64,000 nt of DNA, from contig JANJGN010000064.1 in assembly GCA_026770705.1 (NCBI GenBank), forward strand, positions 2,046,001 through 2,110,000, written 5' to 3'. Below, in pieces: positions 50,250 through 64,000 of the stretch; the first letter of the stretch is position 1, and every line of letters starts with the position of its first letter. The position numbers and the translations under genes are program-made. The stretch is from Isurus oxyrinchus (taxonomy: Eukaryota). Under the pieces are notes generated by a model. It did no database searches. It was not told the origin of the DNA and saw only the letters and a list, made by a program, of their open reading frames with translations.

Positions 50250-50590
50250 GCCACTGATCCAATCAGAAGATGCTATCCCAAATTGTGTGACTGACTACTT
50301 GTAAATAAGGCAGGATTATCCTGCACCACCAGCAGGCCGGATCATCCACCGCTATATTCCACTATATTCCCTGTGGCGGGCTCCTTTACAACGGGTTTGG
50401 AAAGCCCCACCATCCAAGTAAATATTCCCTTCCATGTAGCATAGCAGTGTTTGCAGGTCGACCTCCAGGTCACTGACAATGCGTCCAATTGCCTCGAGAT
50501 TTAGACAGACAGTACAGGCAATAACGCCCTGGGTCACTCTGTTTACCAGAAAATCACATATTCTGCAGTCACAACATATAACCTGCCATG
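50250..50590 (-). mobile_element. CR1 ORF1 N-terminal (zinc finger/leucine zipper) remnant
   Basis: CTVCLNLEAIGRIVSDLEVDLQTLLCYMEGNIYLD; related EN fragment LAAITEAWLQ at ~48385-48440. Confidence 0.6.
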
Positions 50591-51316
50591 CTTTTTTTAT
50601 TTTGTATAATAAATAATTTCTTAATTAATTTGTAAGTAATGAACACTGCTTCAATGAAATTTGTAAACATTACTACAACTATCGTGTCCTTGCAATTTCT
50701 CACAAAGCACATCAGTTCTGAAAATGAATAAATGTGTGATGTCACACTTTGATTTCTCTAAGAATGCGACTGCTCCATTCTGGAACCTCTGAAAGGAATG
50801 GATTGGAAAGAATTTCTAATTTGCCTTGATGTCCTTTTTCGCATGCATTTATGTGCGCTTCTTACCTCCACATGGTTTTGTTTTTACCATATCTGCTAGG
50901 TGGCAGTTAGTGCTGTTAAGGTCTCATCCACCCCTCCCCCCCCCCTCCCCTCCCCCCCCACCACGTTGGATATTGCATTCGGGTCCTCATTCGTCTGTTC
51001 TAAAATGTTTCATTACGAGGCATGTCTACATTTTAATTTTTGTGCACTAGCCACCTGTTTAGTGTCTGTCAGGCCCTTTGTTTTCAACAATCGTCCACTA
51101 TTTTTTTTTCTCGTAATTGCAATGCATGTGCCAGTTATGTTTGAAATTTATCGGTGACATTGCCATGTCCTCTGTTCCCTTTTTAATTTTCCTTGCTTGC
51201 TTTCAACCAACAGTTCTTTTATCAGACATTTATCAGAATCCATCTCTCAGTATCTGATTCAGAATTAAATTGACTTGCTTGGGTCGGTAGATTTGGCATT
51301 CATACCCAATTTGTTT

Positions 51317-52217
51317 TGCGATGAAATTATATATTTTTCACAATTCTTTTCTCCTTTATTGTAAAGTACATTTATACGGGTAAATATAGATCGTTTTCTG
51401 TGTTAATTAATTACATTTGTAATCAAACAGGTTACAGGCTTTAAAACATCAAAAGATGCAGTTGCTTCATAACTAAAGAGTAACCATTGACGCTGCATTA
51501 GCATGTAAGGTATGAAGGGAATTTGCATTTTTAGATAAATTAAGGGTTAAATGATTTTAAAAGGATGTTAGTGTGTTTAAAATTACCGAGGTAATCAATG
51601 CAAATGCATGCGTTTAATTTTTGCAGACATTGCTGAAAATATATGTTGGCAATATAAATGTTTTAATATTATGAGGAATATAGAAATTCAAAGACATATG
51701 GAACAACAAATTCTACATATTTATAAGATCCGAACATAAATACAGGTGAACGAAAGGTTATGTGGTGGGTGAAAATTCCAACAGGACTGAGTGAAATAGA
51801 CGTAATGACATCTCCAGAATTTTTTCATAAGTCTGCTATATAACGAAATGGAAGTCGGGGAAGATTAATTTTGAATTGCACCGTCCCGTTGGTGTTGGGT
51901 AAATTTGCGTTTCCTATTTCAATTCAGAATTTTGTTTTGGACTGCTGCCTTAAATGAAGTACATTTGGGAGTCATGCTATCCTGGAATTTGACGAGTTAT
52001 TGTCGTGGAAAGTATTTTTTCCTATGACGTGCATGCTTGAAATCATTTGTATCTTGCTTAGAAATGGTTGATTTTTTCTACATCTCAAAATTCTTTGTGG
52101 ATTCATTACTTTTGAATTCAGTGCACACAGCTTGCAGTAAATATAAATGGTAACTCATTTCTGATAGCTTGATCAAGATTCCATCGTGGATTTGGTCCGC
52201 GGTTACACATCTTCAGT
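51317..52217 (+). mobile_element. 5' LTR of the Gmr1-like element
   Basis: tgcgatgaaattatatatttttc start is similar to the solo LTR at 35252; lies just upstream of gag. Confidence 0.55.
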
Positions 52218-52364
52218 CACTTCATAAAATATTAGGATTTTTTTGCCGAATATTTGAAGGTCCTTGATTGGTTTGGAGTTGGTGAATAGAAAGTGTATGA
52301 TTACAAGAAGCACATTGAATTCAGGAGTTGTGGGACTGATTTTAGTGAGATAAAACTACACATA

Positions 52365-55300
52365 ATGGCTGCATCCATAAGTAAAACTTTTCTGGGAGTA
52401 GAAACTATAATTGTGATGGCGTTACAAAAGATACCAAAGTGCAAGTTAACAGAATTGTTGAATACATTGCTGTTGAGGCTATAGGTAGCAACAAAGCAGA
52501 CAGGTATATTTTAAGTTAAACTCCTGAAGGCATGGCATAGAGCAAAATCTATGGGCCTGGCAATATTCCAACAACAGTCCTGATTACATGTGCAACAGAA
52601 CTTGCAGCTCCCCTAGCCAAGCTGTTCTGGTAGAGCTACAACATCGGCATCTATCTGGCTATGTGAAAAATTGCCGAGGTATGGCCCAGCATTTGAAGTT
52701 GGAAGTCATACATGACACGAGCTAGTCAAAGCTGGAGAAAGTCAGACTTATGATACAAATGAATAATTATAAATTTGAACCAGCAATGGAAATTCATTTT
52801 TAAAATAAAGCTGGGACTGAAGATAATATAAAAAGAAGGGGCAGAGAAAGAAAGAGAAACATAAAGTGTATTTAAAAGATAAATGAAAATGTGAAAATTC
52901 GACCTTCAGAGAGAAAAGGGGGCAATGGAGAAGAAGGAGGGAGAATGAGAATGCCAGTTTAACATCTGGACTATAAAGCATAGACCTGAGCTGACGAATG
53001 TTTCCATGATGAGAAAAACTTCAAACTAAAACCCACTAGGGAGAGGTTCAAATTCGTGCAAAATCTTCCGAATTTTCTCGACGGGGATGTAGAGGCACTC
53101 TTGATTTTATGTCAAAGGATAGCTAAGAATATTCAAAGGCCACAAGAACATTGTGCGTTTCTTTTACAGAATATGTGTACTGGGTAGACCTCATGGTGTT
53201 TATGCTTCACTGTCAGAAGAATTTTATTGGATTACGTTGCAGTAAAACAGGTTTTTTTGAGTGCAGAAGAATTGGTTCCTGGGGGGTACAAACAGAACTT
53301 TCGCAAGAAAAAACCGCTCTTAACAAACTTATATTGTGTTTGAGATCGTAAAACAAAGTTATTTTGATCTGTGGATAAGTGCATTAAAAGTAAAGACAAG
53401 ATAGGTGTCTCTAAGAGAAATAATCCTTTCGGAAAAATTTTGAGATTCGGTCCCATTAGTCGGGAGTAGTCATGTGAAAGAGCAAAGCCTTAAAGCACTA
53501 TAACAAGCAACAGAGATATCTGATGTTTATCAGTTAGTTCATAGATATAAGCCTTTATTTCGTAAGGTTTTATAAAATCAGGGAACCACAGAAAGTCAGA
53601 AGCTGAAATGAATGCAAGTAATAAGGGAAGAGAAGGTGTATTTGGGAATTCCTAGGGAGTTTTGTCACATAACACAAACGGAAGGTTCTGAGTATGAAAG
53701 CAGCCCATGGAACCTGTGGTATCTTCATTGTAACAAATTTGGGCATACGAAGACAATGCACTGGAGATTAACGGTAAAAGCTGCTGCAATAACTGGAATG
53801 CAGAAAAATCCTGGAATTAAGTGTACCGTGGTTCTTGTGGTCCAGACACAGGAAGAAAAACAAAGGACAAAAAAACAGTGGTTTGCATACAGATGAAACA
53901 GGAAGGATCAGTGATGCATAAAGAAGTAGGAGTGTGTTAACAACTTACCCCGGGGGAGCTCTGAATTCCTGATTGCAGAACTGTTTAAACGTTTTGTATG
54001 TGTAGGGTTAGTTTTTACATTTGTGCAGCGTGGAGCAGGTCAAAATATTCACATTTTAAGGGACACAGGGGATAGTCAATACGAACTGATATTGGGTAGT
54101 GTTATTTGTATCTCAAGGGGAGCATTGCAGGAACAAATGGTAATAAGCGGGGCTGTAGAGATGCTAAACATTTTCCCTGCCGGAAGTTAAATTTAAACAG
54201 TGTATCCGTAAAAGATGAGGAGATTGTTGGAGTGCAAAATTTTCCATTGTGGAGGTACACTTTATTTTAGATCATTATATAGCTGGGCAGCTGGGATGGG
54301 TGAAGCATACTTTATTTGAGCATTCTGTATTATGCATTGAACAGAAATGTTGAAGAAAGAGCATTTTGGATTGTTTCCAGATTGTGCACTCACAAGATCA
54401 CTAGTTCACACGTGGAAACAGGAAGAAGAGCAAGGTTAAAGACAGGAGAAACATGCTAAAGTTCAATCAGCTGACACGACCTCTGATAAAATTGTTCAGG
54501 GAGAAATAATGGAAGATAATGAAGCTGAAGTGTTTACTTTAAGCCATTTGGTAGAGCCAAAACTAAAAGATCCACGAATGGCGTAGTTATATCAGACAGC
54601 TCACTCAGAAACAGAGGGAGAATGTATTCCAAAATGGTACTACCTAAAGGGCAATATGTTAATAAAGAAATTGTGACCATATCAAGTTCTGGCGGGTAAA
54701 AAATGGATGTAAGTGCATCAGGTTGGTATACCAGTTGGGTTTATAAATTGGGCATTAAGAGTAGCTCTGGGAATTACAATAGGGCGAATTTAGGAATTAG
54801 AAATACACAGAAGAGAGAAAACATATTTCGATTGTTCTGGATTGCATAGAGATGTAATGAAATTCGACAGATCATGTCACACATGGCAGGTGATAGGCAA
54901 CCTACAAGCAGTGATCAAGCAGGCATCTTGAACACCAAGTCCATGACTGCAGGAATGTTTTTTCTAGTGTTATGGATGATTGTGCAGGACAGCTCCCTAA
55001 GGCGAAAAGTGGAAATCTGTTCTTGCTAACAATAATGGATATGTCAACATGGATTGAACAGGCGATACCTTCGGGAAACATTACAGAAGCGAATTTTGGA
55101 GGAAGTGACATTTTTTTCCAAGAAACATGCTTTACCTAAAGAAATGCAATCCGATCAGCGGTCAAAATTCATGTCATAGCTGTTTTCAGAAGTAACGACC
55201 TTCTTGGGGATAAAAAAAAAATAAGGTCAACAACCTATCATCCCGAATTATAAGTGGCTTTGGAAAAAATGCACCAACATTTAAAAACAACTATGATGAC

Positions 55301-57300
55301 TTATCATCAAGTATGGATTGGTTTAGGGGTGTTTCACTCGTGCTGATTGCTTCTTGTGTTGCTCCTCATGCATCTATTAGATTTATACTGTTCGAATTAG
55401 TTTATGGTCAAGAGGTAAATGTAGGAGTAAAGTTCATTAAACGGAAATTTGTTGGTCAAAATTCGGAAAATACTCTCCATGATTATGCATCAAACTTCAA
55501 CGAAATATTGACCACAGCATGCTAGCAAGCTAGGGAACATTTAAAGTCAGCAGAACATGTGATTAAAGTAAAGGTAGAGAGGAGAGCCACTGCTTGTATT
55601 TTATTTTTAAGTGAGGCAAAATTTACGTTTTGTCACCAGTGCGGGGTGAATTGTTAAAAGGAAAGTTTGTTGGGCGTTACAGGATTGACAGGATACTGAG
55701 TGAAATAAATTATTGAATTAGTACTCCAGCTGGAGGGAAGACACAGTGCGTGTGTCATGCAAATATGCTAAAATATCACTATGACAAAGAGAAGCAAATT
55801 GAGGCATTGTTGTGGTAGATTTAGAGAGAGAAAGTTATAAATGAAGGATTCTGAAAGTTCATCGAACCACATTTTTCATATGGGATACTTCTACTGTAAA
55901 GGTACAACAGAGTTATCTTCCAAACAAGATTTGAAATGATATGGAGAAAGTATTGCACTCGCACAAAGCTACTACAGGAAAAGATAACGAGGCCAAATTT
56001 AGCTACACATAATTTTGGTGTAGGGGAGTAAATTTCAATAAAATAAACTTCCTGGTTGATTAAACCCACCAAAGTTATCGCAAGAAGAGAAAGTAACAGA
56101 ATTCATTCTTAAAATTACATTATTTTGTCTCAGTGCTGTAATTAGATTTTTCATATTGTGATGGTACCACAACCAGGTGGAACTCAGAACTGTGAGGGGA
56201 CTATTTTAAGTTGAATGTAGTGACAAAAGTTGATTTCTATCCCATACCATAGTTGGGAAATTGCTTTGAGGCATCGGAGCAATCAATCTTCATCACAAAA
56301 TCTGACTGGCTGAAGCATATGGGCAAGTAGAGTTATCAGAGAAGGCAGAGGAGATATCGCCTTCTTTTGTGTTGCCAAGTTGATTACTTCAGTTTAATTA
56401 ATGCCATTCGGTATGAAAAATGCACCAGCATCATTTCAAACATTGAGAAAGTCATTGCACGGCTGAGCAATTGGACTATCGATTTTGATGGCTTGATAGT
56501 TTTCAGCCAGGCGTGGAAGAGCATTTACAACTGGAAGAATTATTTAAACCTTTGCAAGAATCCAATTTGGTGGCGAAGCGGATTTACAAAAGTACAAGTT
56601 ACATTTCATTTGACCTCTAAAGGTGGCTCAAAGAGCTGTGAATGTCAAAGCCAATGCGGGATTCCCCGTTCCGACAACAAAATGAGAAGTTGTAAGATTT
56701 CTGTAATGATGGGTTTAACTGGACGTTTGTGTCACATTTTAAGTGTACGATTGCTCCATTAGCTGACCGATGAAAAAAGACAACATGTAGTTTCAATGAA
56801 CACTGGAGAGTCTGAAGTCATGTGACAGATTAAAAACTGTATCAACTACGACACCAGTTTTGGCAGTAGGCAAAAATGCCAAGTAATTTAAGTTGGTTGT
56901 TGACGCAACTCATGCAGGCAATGGTGCTTTGCTGTTGCCAGAATATGGAACTGAAAATAAAAATCAAGAAAGTTGAAATTCACATCAAAGAATATGTTCA
57001 ATGATCGAAAAGGAGACACAAGGCCTGGTCTTAGCGTTGCAAAATATTGAAGTTTATTTGCAAATAGTTCAAAAGAAATAATTGCTTATACAAACAACAA
57101 TCCTTTAAAATATCTGGACAGGTTTCGAGCCCGACGTGCAATACTATTCAGATGAAGCTTCAGAAGAACGGCCATCATGCAAAGCACATTCAGTGCATTC
57201 GACTGTTTGAGAAAGTCTAATTGCAAGTGCATTCATGCTTACAGATGATAGGGAAATTGGAGATCTCAAGGCTGGTCAATAGGCTGAAATAACTTCAGTT
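52365..57300 (+). mobile_element. Decayed Gmr1-like Ty3/Gypsy LTR retrotransposon internal region (gag-PR-IN-RT-RH)
   Basis: Gag MAASISKTFLG, knuckle remnant HCNKFGH (~53726), protease ILRDTGDSQ (~54053), integrase DCAGQLPK..LLTIMD (~54977), MQSDQ, YHPE, FELVYG; then RT KVDFYPIP (~56226), PFGMKNAPASFQ (~56403); RNase H VDA..GALL, IEKE. Many stops and shifts. Confidence 0.88.
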
Positions 57301-57304
57301 GACT

Positions 57305-57705
57305 CAAATCTGTCAGAATTCTTTTCAGGAGCTAACGATTAGGTTAGACAAAGGGGAGCCAATGGATGTTATCTACTTGGACTTCCAGAAGGCCTTTGAC
57401 AAGGTGCCGCACAAGAGGTTCCTCAGTAAGATAAGACCCCATGGTGTTAGAGGCAAAGTACTTGCATGGAAAGAAGATTGGCTGTCTGGAAGCAGACAAA
57501 GAGTTAAGATAAGGAGGTCCTTCTCAAAATGGCGGCTGGTGACTAGTGGAGTTCCGCAGGGGTTAGTGTTGGGACAACAACGTTTCACTTTATACATTAA
57601 ATATCTAGATGAAGGAACTGAGGGCATCCTAGTTAAGGTTACAGAAGATACAAAGATAGCTGGAGGCACAGGTAGTATTGAGGAGGGGGCAAGGCTGCAG
57701 AAAGT
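57305..57705 (+). mobile_element. CR1-type LINE RT core fragment
   Basis: ORF 57299..57760 DVIYLDFQKAFDKVPHKR..VTSGVPQGLVLG. Confidence 0.92.
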
Positions 57706-60229
57706 CGGGTTGGGGCAAAGCCGTTTGGAATTCCACTATCTTTTTTTTTTAATTTGCTAGGCCCGTTTTAATTCTGAAATCTATTTTGGACTGTTTCCTT
57801 AAAGGGGGTGTGACTGGGGATTAGTTTAATTAGGAACCTCAGTAGTTCCTCTGCCAAAAAGCAATTTGTAGTTTTATGGATGTAACTGAAATCTTTATAT
57901 TGTCTTAAAATATAATTTAATTTAATTTTTGAAACCTCGAAAGGTGTTGGAGGACTTATTGCTTCTGAAATCAGTGCACATGTCTCTTAATAAGTGCAAA
58001 TTGCAAAACGGCTGTTGCAGCACAATCAAGTTTCCCTCGGGGATTTACGTCGTCCGGCATAGATCTTCTGCCATATTATATCACTTTTCAGGAGCATACT
58101 TAGTCTTTAACGTCACTGTGCTTCTTGAAAACTTCCACTGTTCCTACTATGATATTGAAGAAGCTGCTTTCCATTCCTTCCAGTCAAAATCACAACTCAT
58201 CTGATAATTTTAACCTTTCCTAATTTCTGAACTCTGCCTCTATGTTTGCAGTCAGTATGATAATTATCACTGAATAGTTCTGCACTGATCCATCTTCCAC
58301 GTATCCAGCTTCATTTCCTAGGCCCAAGTCACCATCGACTTTATGGGAATTTAGCTCTGCTCCGGGATATTGGACGTTTTCTAACAGGTCGTGGAGAATT
58401 GGTCAGTACCTGGATCCCCTGTCATATGTATATACACTGCTTTGTTTCCGGTCACTAAATCTTCAGTTCCAGAATGTCTTGCAGTTCTGTCTCACTGTAT
58501 TCTGACCCTTACTTTGCTGGGTACCTGGTCAGCAAATAATCAGTTAGTTACTTGATGTATGATTAGACACTGGCCCTTTTGTCAGCTTGATTGTCATTAG
58601 ATATCCAGTTTCTGAATGATCCATCAAGTTATAGCCTGTCACCCAGCATCTTCCCCCAATCACCATTCAGCACTCTGCAATGTGAAACCAACACTTCCCT
58701 CTCGCAGTCTTGAACCTTCTCGCATCTCCCTGGAACCTATAACACTAAAACAGGACATACCTTCCCTTCTCCTGATCCCACACACGTTACTTTGCTCAAG
58801 CTCACACTCGCCCTGCTCAACCCCTTTTTGATGCCACCTCTACAGTCGCCCTCCATCACCCTCCCTACCAACATTGCAACTGAGAAAGAGATGCATATTT
58901 ATCATCCCACCCTAAGTCATCTTTCTACTCAATGTCACTGTAACCATATGCACTAAGAAATTAAACCCTCAGGTAGCTTGCAGGACCTCAACACAGCGCT
59001 AACCAGTCCAGAACAGGCAATGACTCTAAACCACAAAGCACAAGCCCAAACCCAAAAAGAAAACCATTGACGCCCTACCTTTAGAGAGCACGTTCCCCAC
59101 TACCATTTGCAGGCCACGTTCTTCAGCCATTTACAGGCAAACCCCCAAAATTCCCTTCAGAGATTACCATCCAGGATTTCTTTTAAAAACCACATTCGAT
59201 GCCACGTCTTTTCTGAATTCCATTCAGACCCTCAGGTGCTTTTTTAAGGATGCAACCCTCCGCACGCCTCCCCCAACTCCCTTTGTGTCTTTTTCCTATT
59301 CCTTGCCATCATACCATCACCTGGGCCCAAGACCCAGGCACCTAATAAAGTTGGTTGAACGGTGTCTGCACGATCAGTTTGGTTAGAGAGAGTTCTCACT
59401 CACACCGTGCACGACAGGTTGCCAGGCCTGGAATCCGAATGGTGAGAATGATACTGGTTAGGGCGTGAAGCCCACTATGCTCTCGTCTGATGCTAAGTTA
59501 ATGAGCATTCGTGAGATAAAACATGTGTTCCCGACTTTAACCGTGGGAAATGGGGGCCACATTTAAACTGCCTTGTATTCAGACGGGAAGAATCCGACCA
59601 GGTCTCCCAACGTCAGAAAAAAATCTTTGTCCTCCCTCCACATGTACCACACACGGCCACAATATTCTCATTGCTGGAGGGTGTGTTCGATTAAAAGAGG
59701 AATATTTTTAAAAGATGTAGTCAGTCCTGTGATCGAACATGTAATAACATAAAAGAGGTCGGGCATTAATGTATTGAATTGGGCATTTACTGTGTGGTCA
59801 GTAAAATGCATTATGTGGCAGTGGAAGTGTGCAGTTTTGCTAAGATAAATTGAACATTGGATGATGCTGCCCTGGCACTGACTGTAATTGTTATATCACC
59901 TCAATGGTAAATAATTGCCTCTGCTACTTACAGATTCCGTTTAATTGAACTCAGCAATTTACACAGAAGTCTTACTATTCTTTATTATCATGCAATAGGT
60001 TAGAAATATTTCACAGGTCTTGATTTACTCGCATTAACAATTCAATTAATTTTGTTTGATGATCAAACACGGTGCAAAACTGCGAGATGTTCCTCACAAT
60101 CCATGAAGGTTAATTTTGGGAAGATGATGGTGTTCTAACTTGAGTAAAAATGATTCCAATCACTCGTCAACAGCTATAAAGCTTTAAATTCTAAACACTT
60201 GGAGGCCGTCTGGTTGATCGATCTCACCC

Positions 60230-61812
60230 TCGTGAGCATAGCCCTTCATCGATGTCAGCTTTCAGCCAAACTGAGTCAGTCCACGTGATAGCAAGGGATG
60301 GCTGAAGACATTGGACAATGTAGAGACCATGGGCCCTGAAAAAATTAGAGCAATAGTGCTGAAGAGCTGTTCTCCAAAACTTGCTACCCGCCTAGCCAAT
60401 CTGTTCCCGTACAGCTTCAATACTGGTATCTAGCCGGCCATGTGGAAAATTGTCCTGGTATATCCTCCAAGCAAATGTAAGAACCAATACAACACGTCCT
60501 TTCGCCGGTCTATGATGGGGCTACTCGGTCCAAGCAAACTAATGCAAAGCATCTTCAACACATTTACTTTTCATTTACTCAGCAATAAGCTCCTCCATAA
60601 CTCTCAGTTTGGTTTCCGCCAGGATCACTCTGCCCCTCACTTCATCACGCTCTTTAACTGGGACATGGGCAAAAGACCTAACCTCCCGAGATGAGGTGAA
60701 AGAGGACGCCCTTGACATCAAGGCAACAATAGACCAAATGTCGCAACAAGGATCCCAGCAAAACTGATGTCATTGGGAATCATGGGGAAAGCTCTCCACT
60801 GGTTAACTTCCTACCTGGTACAAAGGAATGATGCTGTGGTAGTTAGAGATCAATCATTTCAGTTCCAGTATGTCACTGCAGTAGTTCTCATGGAGGGTCA
60901 ACCACCTTCAGCTGCTTTATCAGGAACTTCCTTCCACCAAAAGACCCGCAGGGGTGATGTTCATCGATTGCTGCACAATGTTAAGCACCATTCGGAAGTC
61001 CTTAGTAACTGAAGCAGTTAAATTACAAAATACATAGAGACCTAGACATTACCCAGGACTACGCTGACTGTTAGGGGAAACACATCACATCACCGAAGGC
61101 ATTCTCCAATAAGAGAGAGTGCAAGCATGGCCCCTTGACTTTTATAGGCATTGCCATCGCTGAATCCCTCGTTATTAACAGCCTGACAGATAATAATGGC
61201 CAGAGACTGATCTACATCAGCTGTATATATATATAAAAAAAACATGGCTACGATTGCAGTTCATAGGCCAGGAACCCTGAAACTATTAAGTTACCTCCCT
61301 ACAACCCAAAGGATGTCAATAATTCTCAAACCAGGTGTGTGATGGAAACTCCTCAGTCGCCTGGAGGAGAGCAGCTCCAACAAAGTTCTAGAAGATTTAG
61401 ACCCTCTCTACCACCATCTACATCTACCCCCTGCACCAACTATGCACAGTAGGAACAGAGTGTATCATCCACAACATTCATTGCAGAAACAAACCACGGC
61501 TCCCTCTACAGCACATTTTAAATCAAGTACCACTACCATCTCGAACGACAATGGCAGCAGATATGGGGGAACATCATCACGTGGATTTTACATCCGATCA
61601 ATGTACCATCCTGACTTCATAACAGTCCCCCTTCCTGTCACTATCAAAGGTTGAAATCCCGAGATGTGCCTTCCTAACAGCGCTGTTGGTGTACCTCCAC
61701 CACTTGGACTGCCGCAGTTGAAGGAGGCAGCTCACCATCATGTTCATAAAAGCAGCTAATGAATGGAAATAATTGTTGGTTCAGCCATCAAGCACCAAAT
61801 CCCATGAAAGTG
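60230..61812 (+). mobile_element. Family-B LINE RT fragment with 3' tail
   Basis: MWKIVLVYP..NSQFGFRQDHSAP; MSLGIMGKALHWLTSYL; tail ggactgccgcagttgaaggaggcagctcacc. Confidence 0.85.
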
Positions 61813-62625
61813 TAACAACAAATCATAACTCATCATCAATATATCTTCTTCAAGCCAGAAATTATACATAAACAAATTTTGAAAGATACGCCAACCAGAG
61901 AACGTTATCACTGTAATAATTATTCAAAGGAATAGCTGAGTTGAATTGCTCGGCCTGACAGTAATGATGTGAAGTGGGAGCTGATTGATTTACATATTTA
62001 AGATTATTTGCATCACTTCATGTAATCAGTTCATTCCACAGACTTATTCACCCTTTATCAGCTGTGGCCTCAGTATCCCACACATGGAAACACCGTTATC
62101 TGCAACGAGAGAATCAGGCACGAAATCTAAAGCTTCAGAAATACACAAAATGTTGTTTCCTTCTCAGCCCAGTTTTGTATCGCCCCACCCCAACCGTCCC
62201 CCACAAAACCGGCCCCCACAACCACCACCCCCCACCCCATCCCCCCGAGAGAGTCTTATCTCCACCTCCTTATGTCCAAAAGATGCAGAGGTAAATGTCA
62301 ATGTTAAACTATTGGTTAAAAAATGATCATATTTGCCTGGGCTATTTCGTACACAATCTGCCTTCTCGCCTAGATGAGCGCAGCCCCAACAACAGTGAAA
62401 GTGAAACAAAATATTTCATAATAAAGATGGATAATTATTGAATAAATGTAATGATTCTGAATGCAGGACAGTGGGTCTCAGCCAATAGAGGTATAAGGGG
62501 ACAGGGAAGTGGATTCCTGAATTAAAATTTTAGGGTTCTGGAAACACCTGATAGAAATGTATTTCCAGGAGTGCTTGGCTTTTTGAGTGAATATAACTCA
62601 GTTGGTCTTTTTTATACTGAATGAA

Positions 62626-62627
<2 letters not shown>

Positions 62628-62668
<41 letters not shown>
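62628..62668. repeat. (AT)n microsatellite
   Basis: About 20 perfect AT units. Confidence 0.98.
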
Positions 62669-62672
<4 letters not shown>

Positions 62673-62919
62673 GATGAAATTCGTCATGGCAAATAGCCTG
62701 GGTTCTATGGCAGACTACATTTTGAGATTAGTGACAGGCGGGCCTGGGTACAGCCGGATGGCCCAACAGAGCGAGAGCGATTACTGTAAAGTAAGATTTA
62801 GATCCCACAGTTTGGAAAGAGGAATTGCACACCTGATGCAGGAACGGTGAAGAGATGGTTCATTTCCAATTAATGTGTACGGTAGTGGTGGTGGTGCTTT
62901 TGGTGGTGGTGGAAACTTT

Positions 62920-63375
62920 AGGTGCAGCACAGGGTTAAATATAAAGTAATCCTATCTCTACATTGTCTCCAACAAACACTTGCATTAGAATTACAGCACT
63001 GGGTTAGATGGAGTACAAGTATCTCTCTACACTGTCCACTCAAACGCACTCTGCACAGATACGGCACGGGGTTAGATACTGATTAAAGCGCCATGTACAC
63101 CGTGTTGAACAAACACACCTTCATAGGTGCAACACAGTGTTAGATAGAGGGTAACACTCCCACTATAATGTCCACATATAACACTCCCTCTACAAAAACA
63201 ATACTTGTTTGGATGTAGACTTGTCTTTCCTCTGCACTTTCTGCATTAAATGATCCCTCATCAGGTACAGCATGGGATTACATACAGGATACATTTTCGT
63301 CCAAAGTGTCACAATCAAACAATCACAGGGGAGGTGCAGCATGGAGCCAGATGCAGAATAAAACTTTCGCTCCTC
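62920..63375. repeat. ~69 bp degenerate satellite
   Basis: Recurring acagcacngggttagata..gtaaa..ctctacactgtcc..caaacac. Confidence 0.8.
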
Positions 63376-63464
63376 AGATTACGGTCTCCTCTTCATTTTG
63401 GTGATCAAATTGGAATAGTTGGCTATTCATGGAACACAAGTGGTCTGTCAGAAAACATGACCTA

Positions 63465-63630
63465 GATCTTCTTTTCGCTTACCATTTCAACACATCATCC
63501 TACTCCAATGCCTACATGTCCGTGCTTGGCCTGCTGCAATGTTCCAGTCTAGCCCAACGCAAAGTTCCAATTCAGCTCTTCGCAGTTTTCCAAAATTAAC
63601 AATGAGTTAAATAAGTTTGGACCATGAGCA
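63465..63630 (+). mobile_element. Penelope-like GIY-YIG fragment
   Basis: HFNTSSYSNAYMSVLGLLQCSSLAQRK. Confidence 0.6.
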
Positions 63631-64000
63631 CACTCCTCCAATTTAACACCATTTAAAATCCCTTTGTTTTTATTTTTAAGTTTTATATTATAGCTGTTTT
63701 CACTTTCTTCCATTCATTGTCTTATCCTGTTTTTTCCCTTTTTTATCCACCTTAATATGTTTTCATTCACACAACCTTCACACGCCTCCTCCAACACTGC
63801 CATATGTTAATGTTTCTAAGTTGTTTTTTGACAGAATTCTGAAGCTTCTTCTCCTATTCATACATTCTACTTTTTCGCCTGTATGCCAGTATGTGCACCT
63901 TCTTTAGCCTTCACGAGTCACCAGATGGCTGCAGGGCATTCCAAAGAGCAAACTGAACAGGCAGATGTCGTGGTCCATGTTTGGACTATTGATATGGGAA

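Noticed and set aside
49690-50262. Longest ORF in the track (190 aa, - strand)
   Set aside because: Largely antisense to a CR1 3' end; no recognisable domain.
62920-63375. Second periodic repeat array
   Set aside because: Ordinary ~69 bp degenerate satellite without spacers.

Overview
This is repeat-dense vertebrate genomic DNA, most likely from a cartilaginous fish (shark or ray). That assignment is inferred from recognisable LINE, SINE, Penelope and satellite families and from the gene families present. I found no intact protein-coding gene. The window holds: (1) a 5'-truncated NLR (NACHT-LRR family) pseudogene on the - strand, with four 167-171 nt LRR exons plus a terminal exon (2519-16265), built from tandemly duplicated exon+intron modules; (2) a two-exon GPR139-like class A GPCR pseudogene on + (19775-22929) and an orphan, intact-looking GPR139-like first exon on - (46724-46817); (3) a decayed tRNA-gene cluster, seen as a ~3.2 kb tandem duplication plus a third partial copy carrying tRNA-Lys and tRNA-Val-like relics, with a tRNA-Ser relic nearby; (4) a decayed Gmr1-type Gypsy LTR retrotransposon with integrase upstream of RT; (5) many CR1/L2-type LINE fragments, Penelope-derived hairpins with hammerhead-like cores, Harbinger remnants, solo LTRs and satellites. 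One 147-N assembly gap lies at 47662-47808. All calls come from reading the sequence by eye; repeat boundaries are approximate and no search was run. I do not see a clearly new biological system. The best leads are the modular LRR amplification, the promoter-like cassette right after the NLR stop codon, hammerhead-like cores on both strands of hairpins, and the fossil tRNA array.
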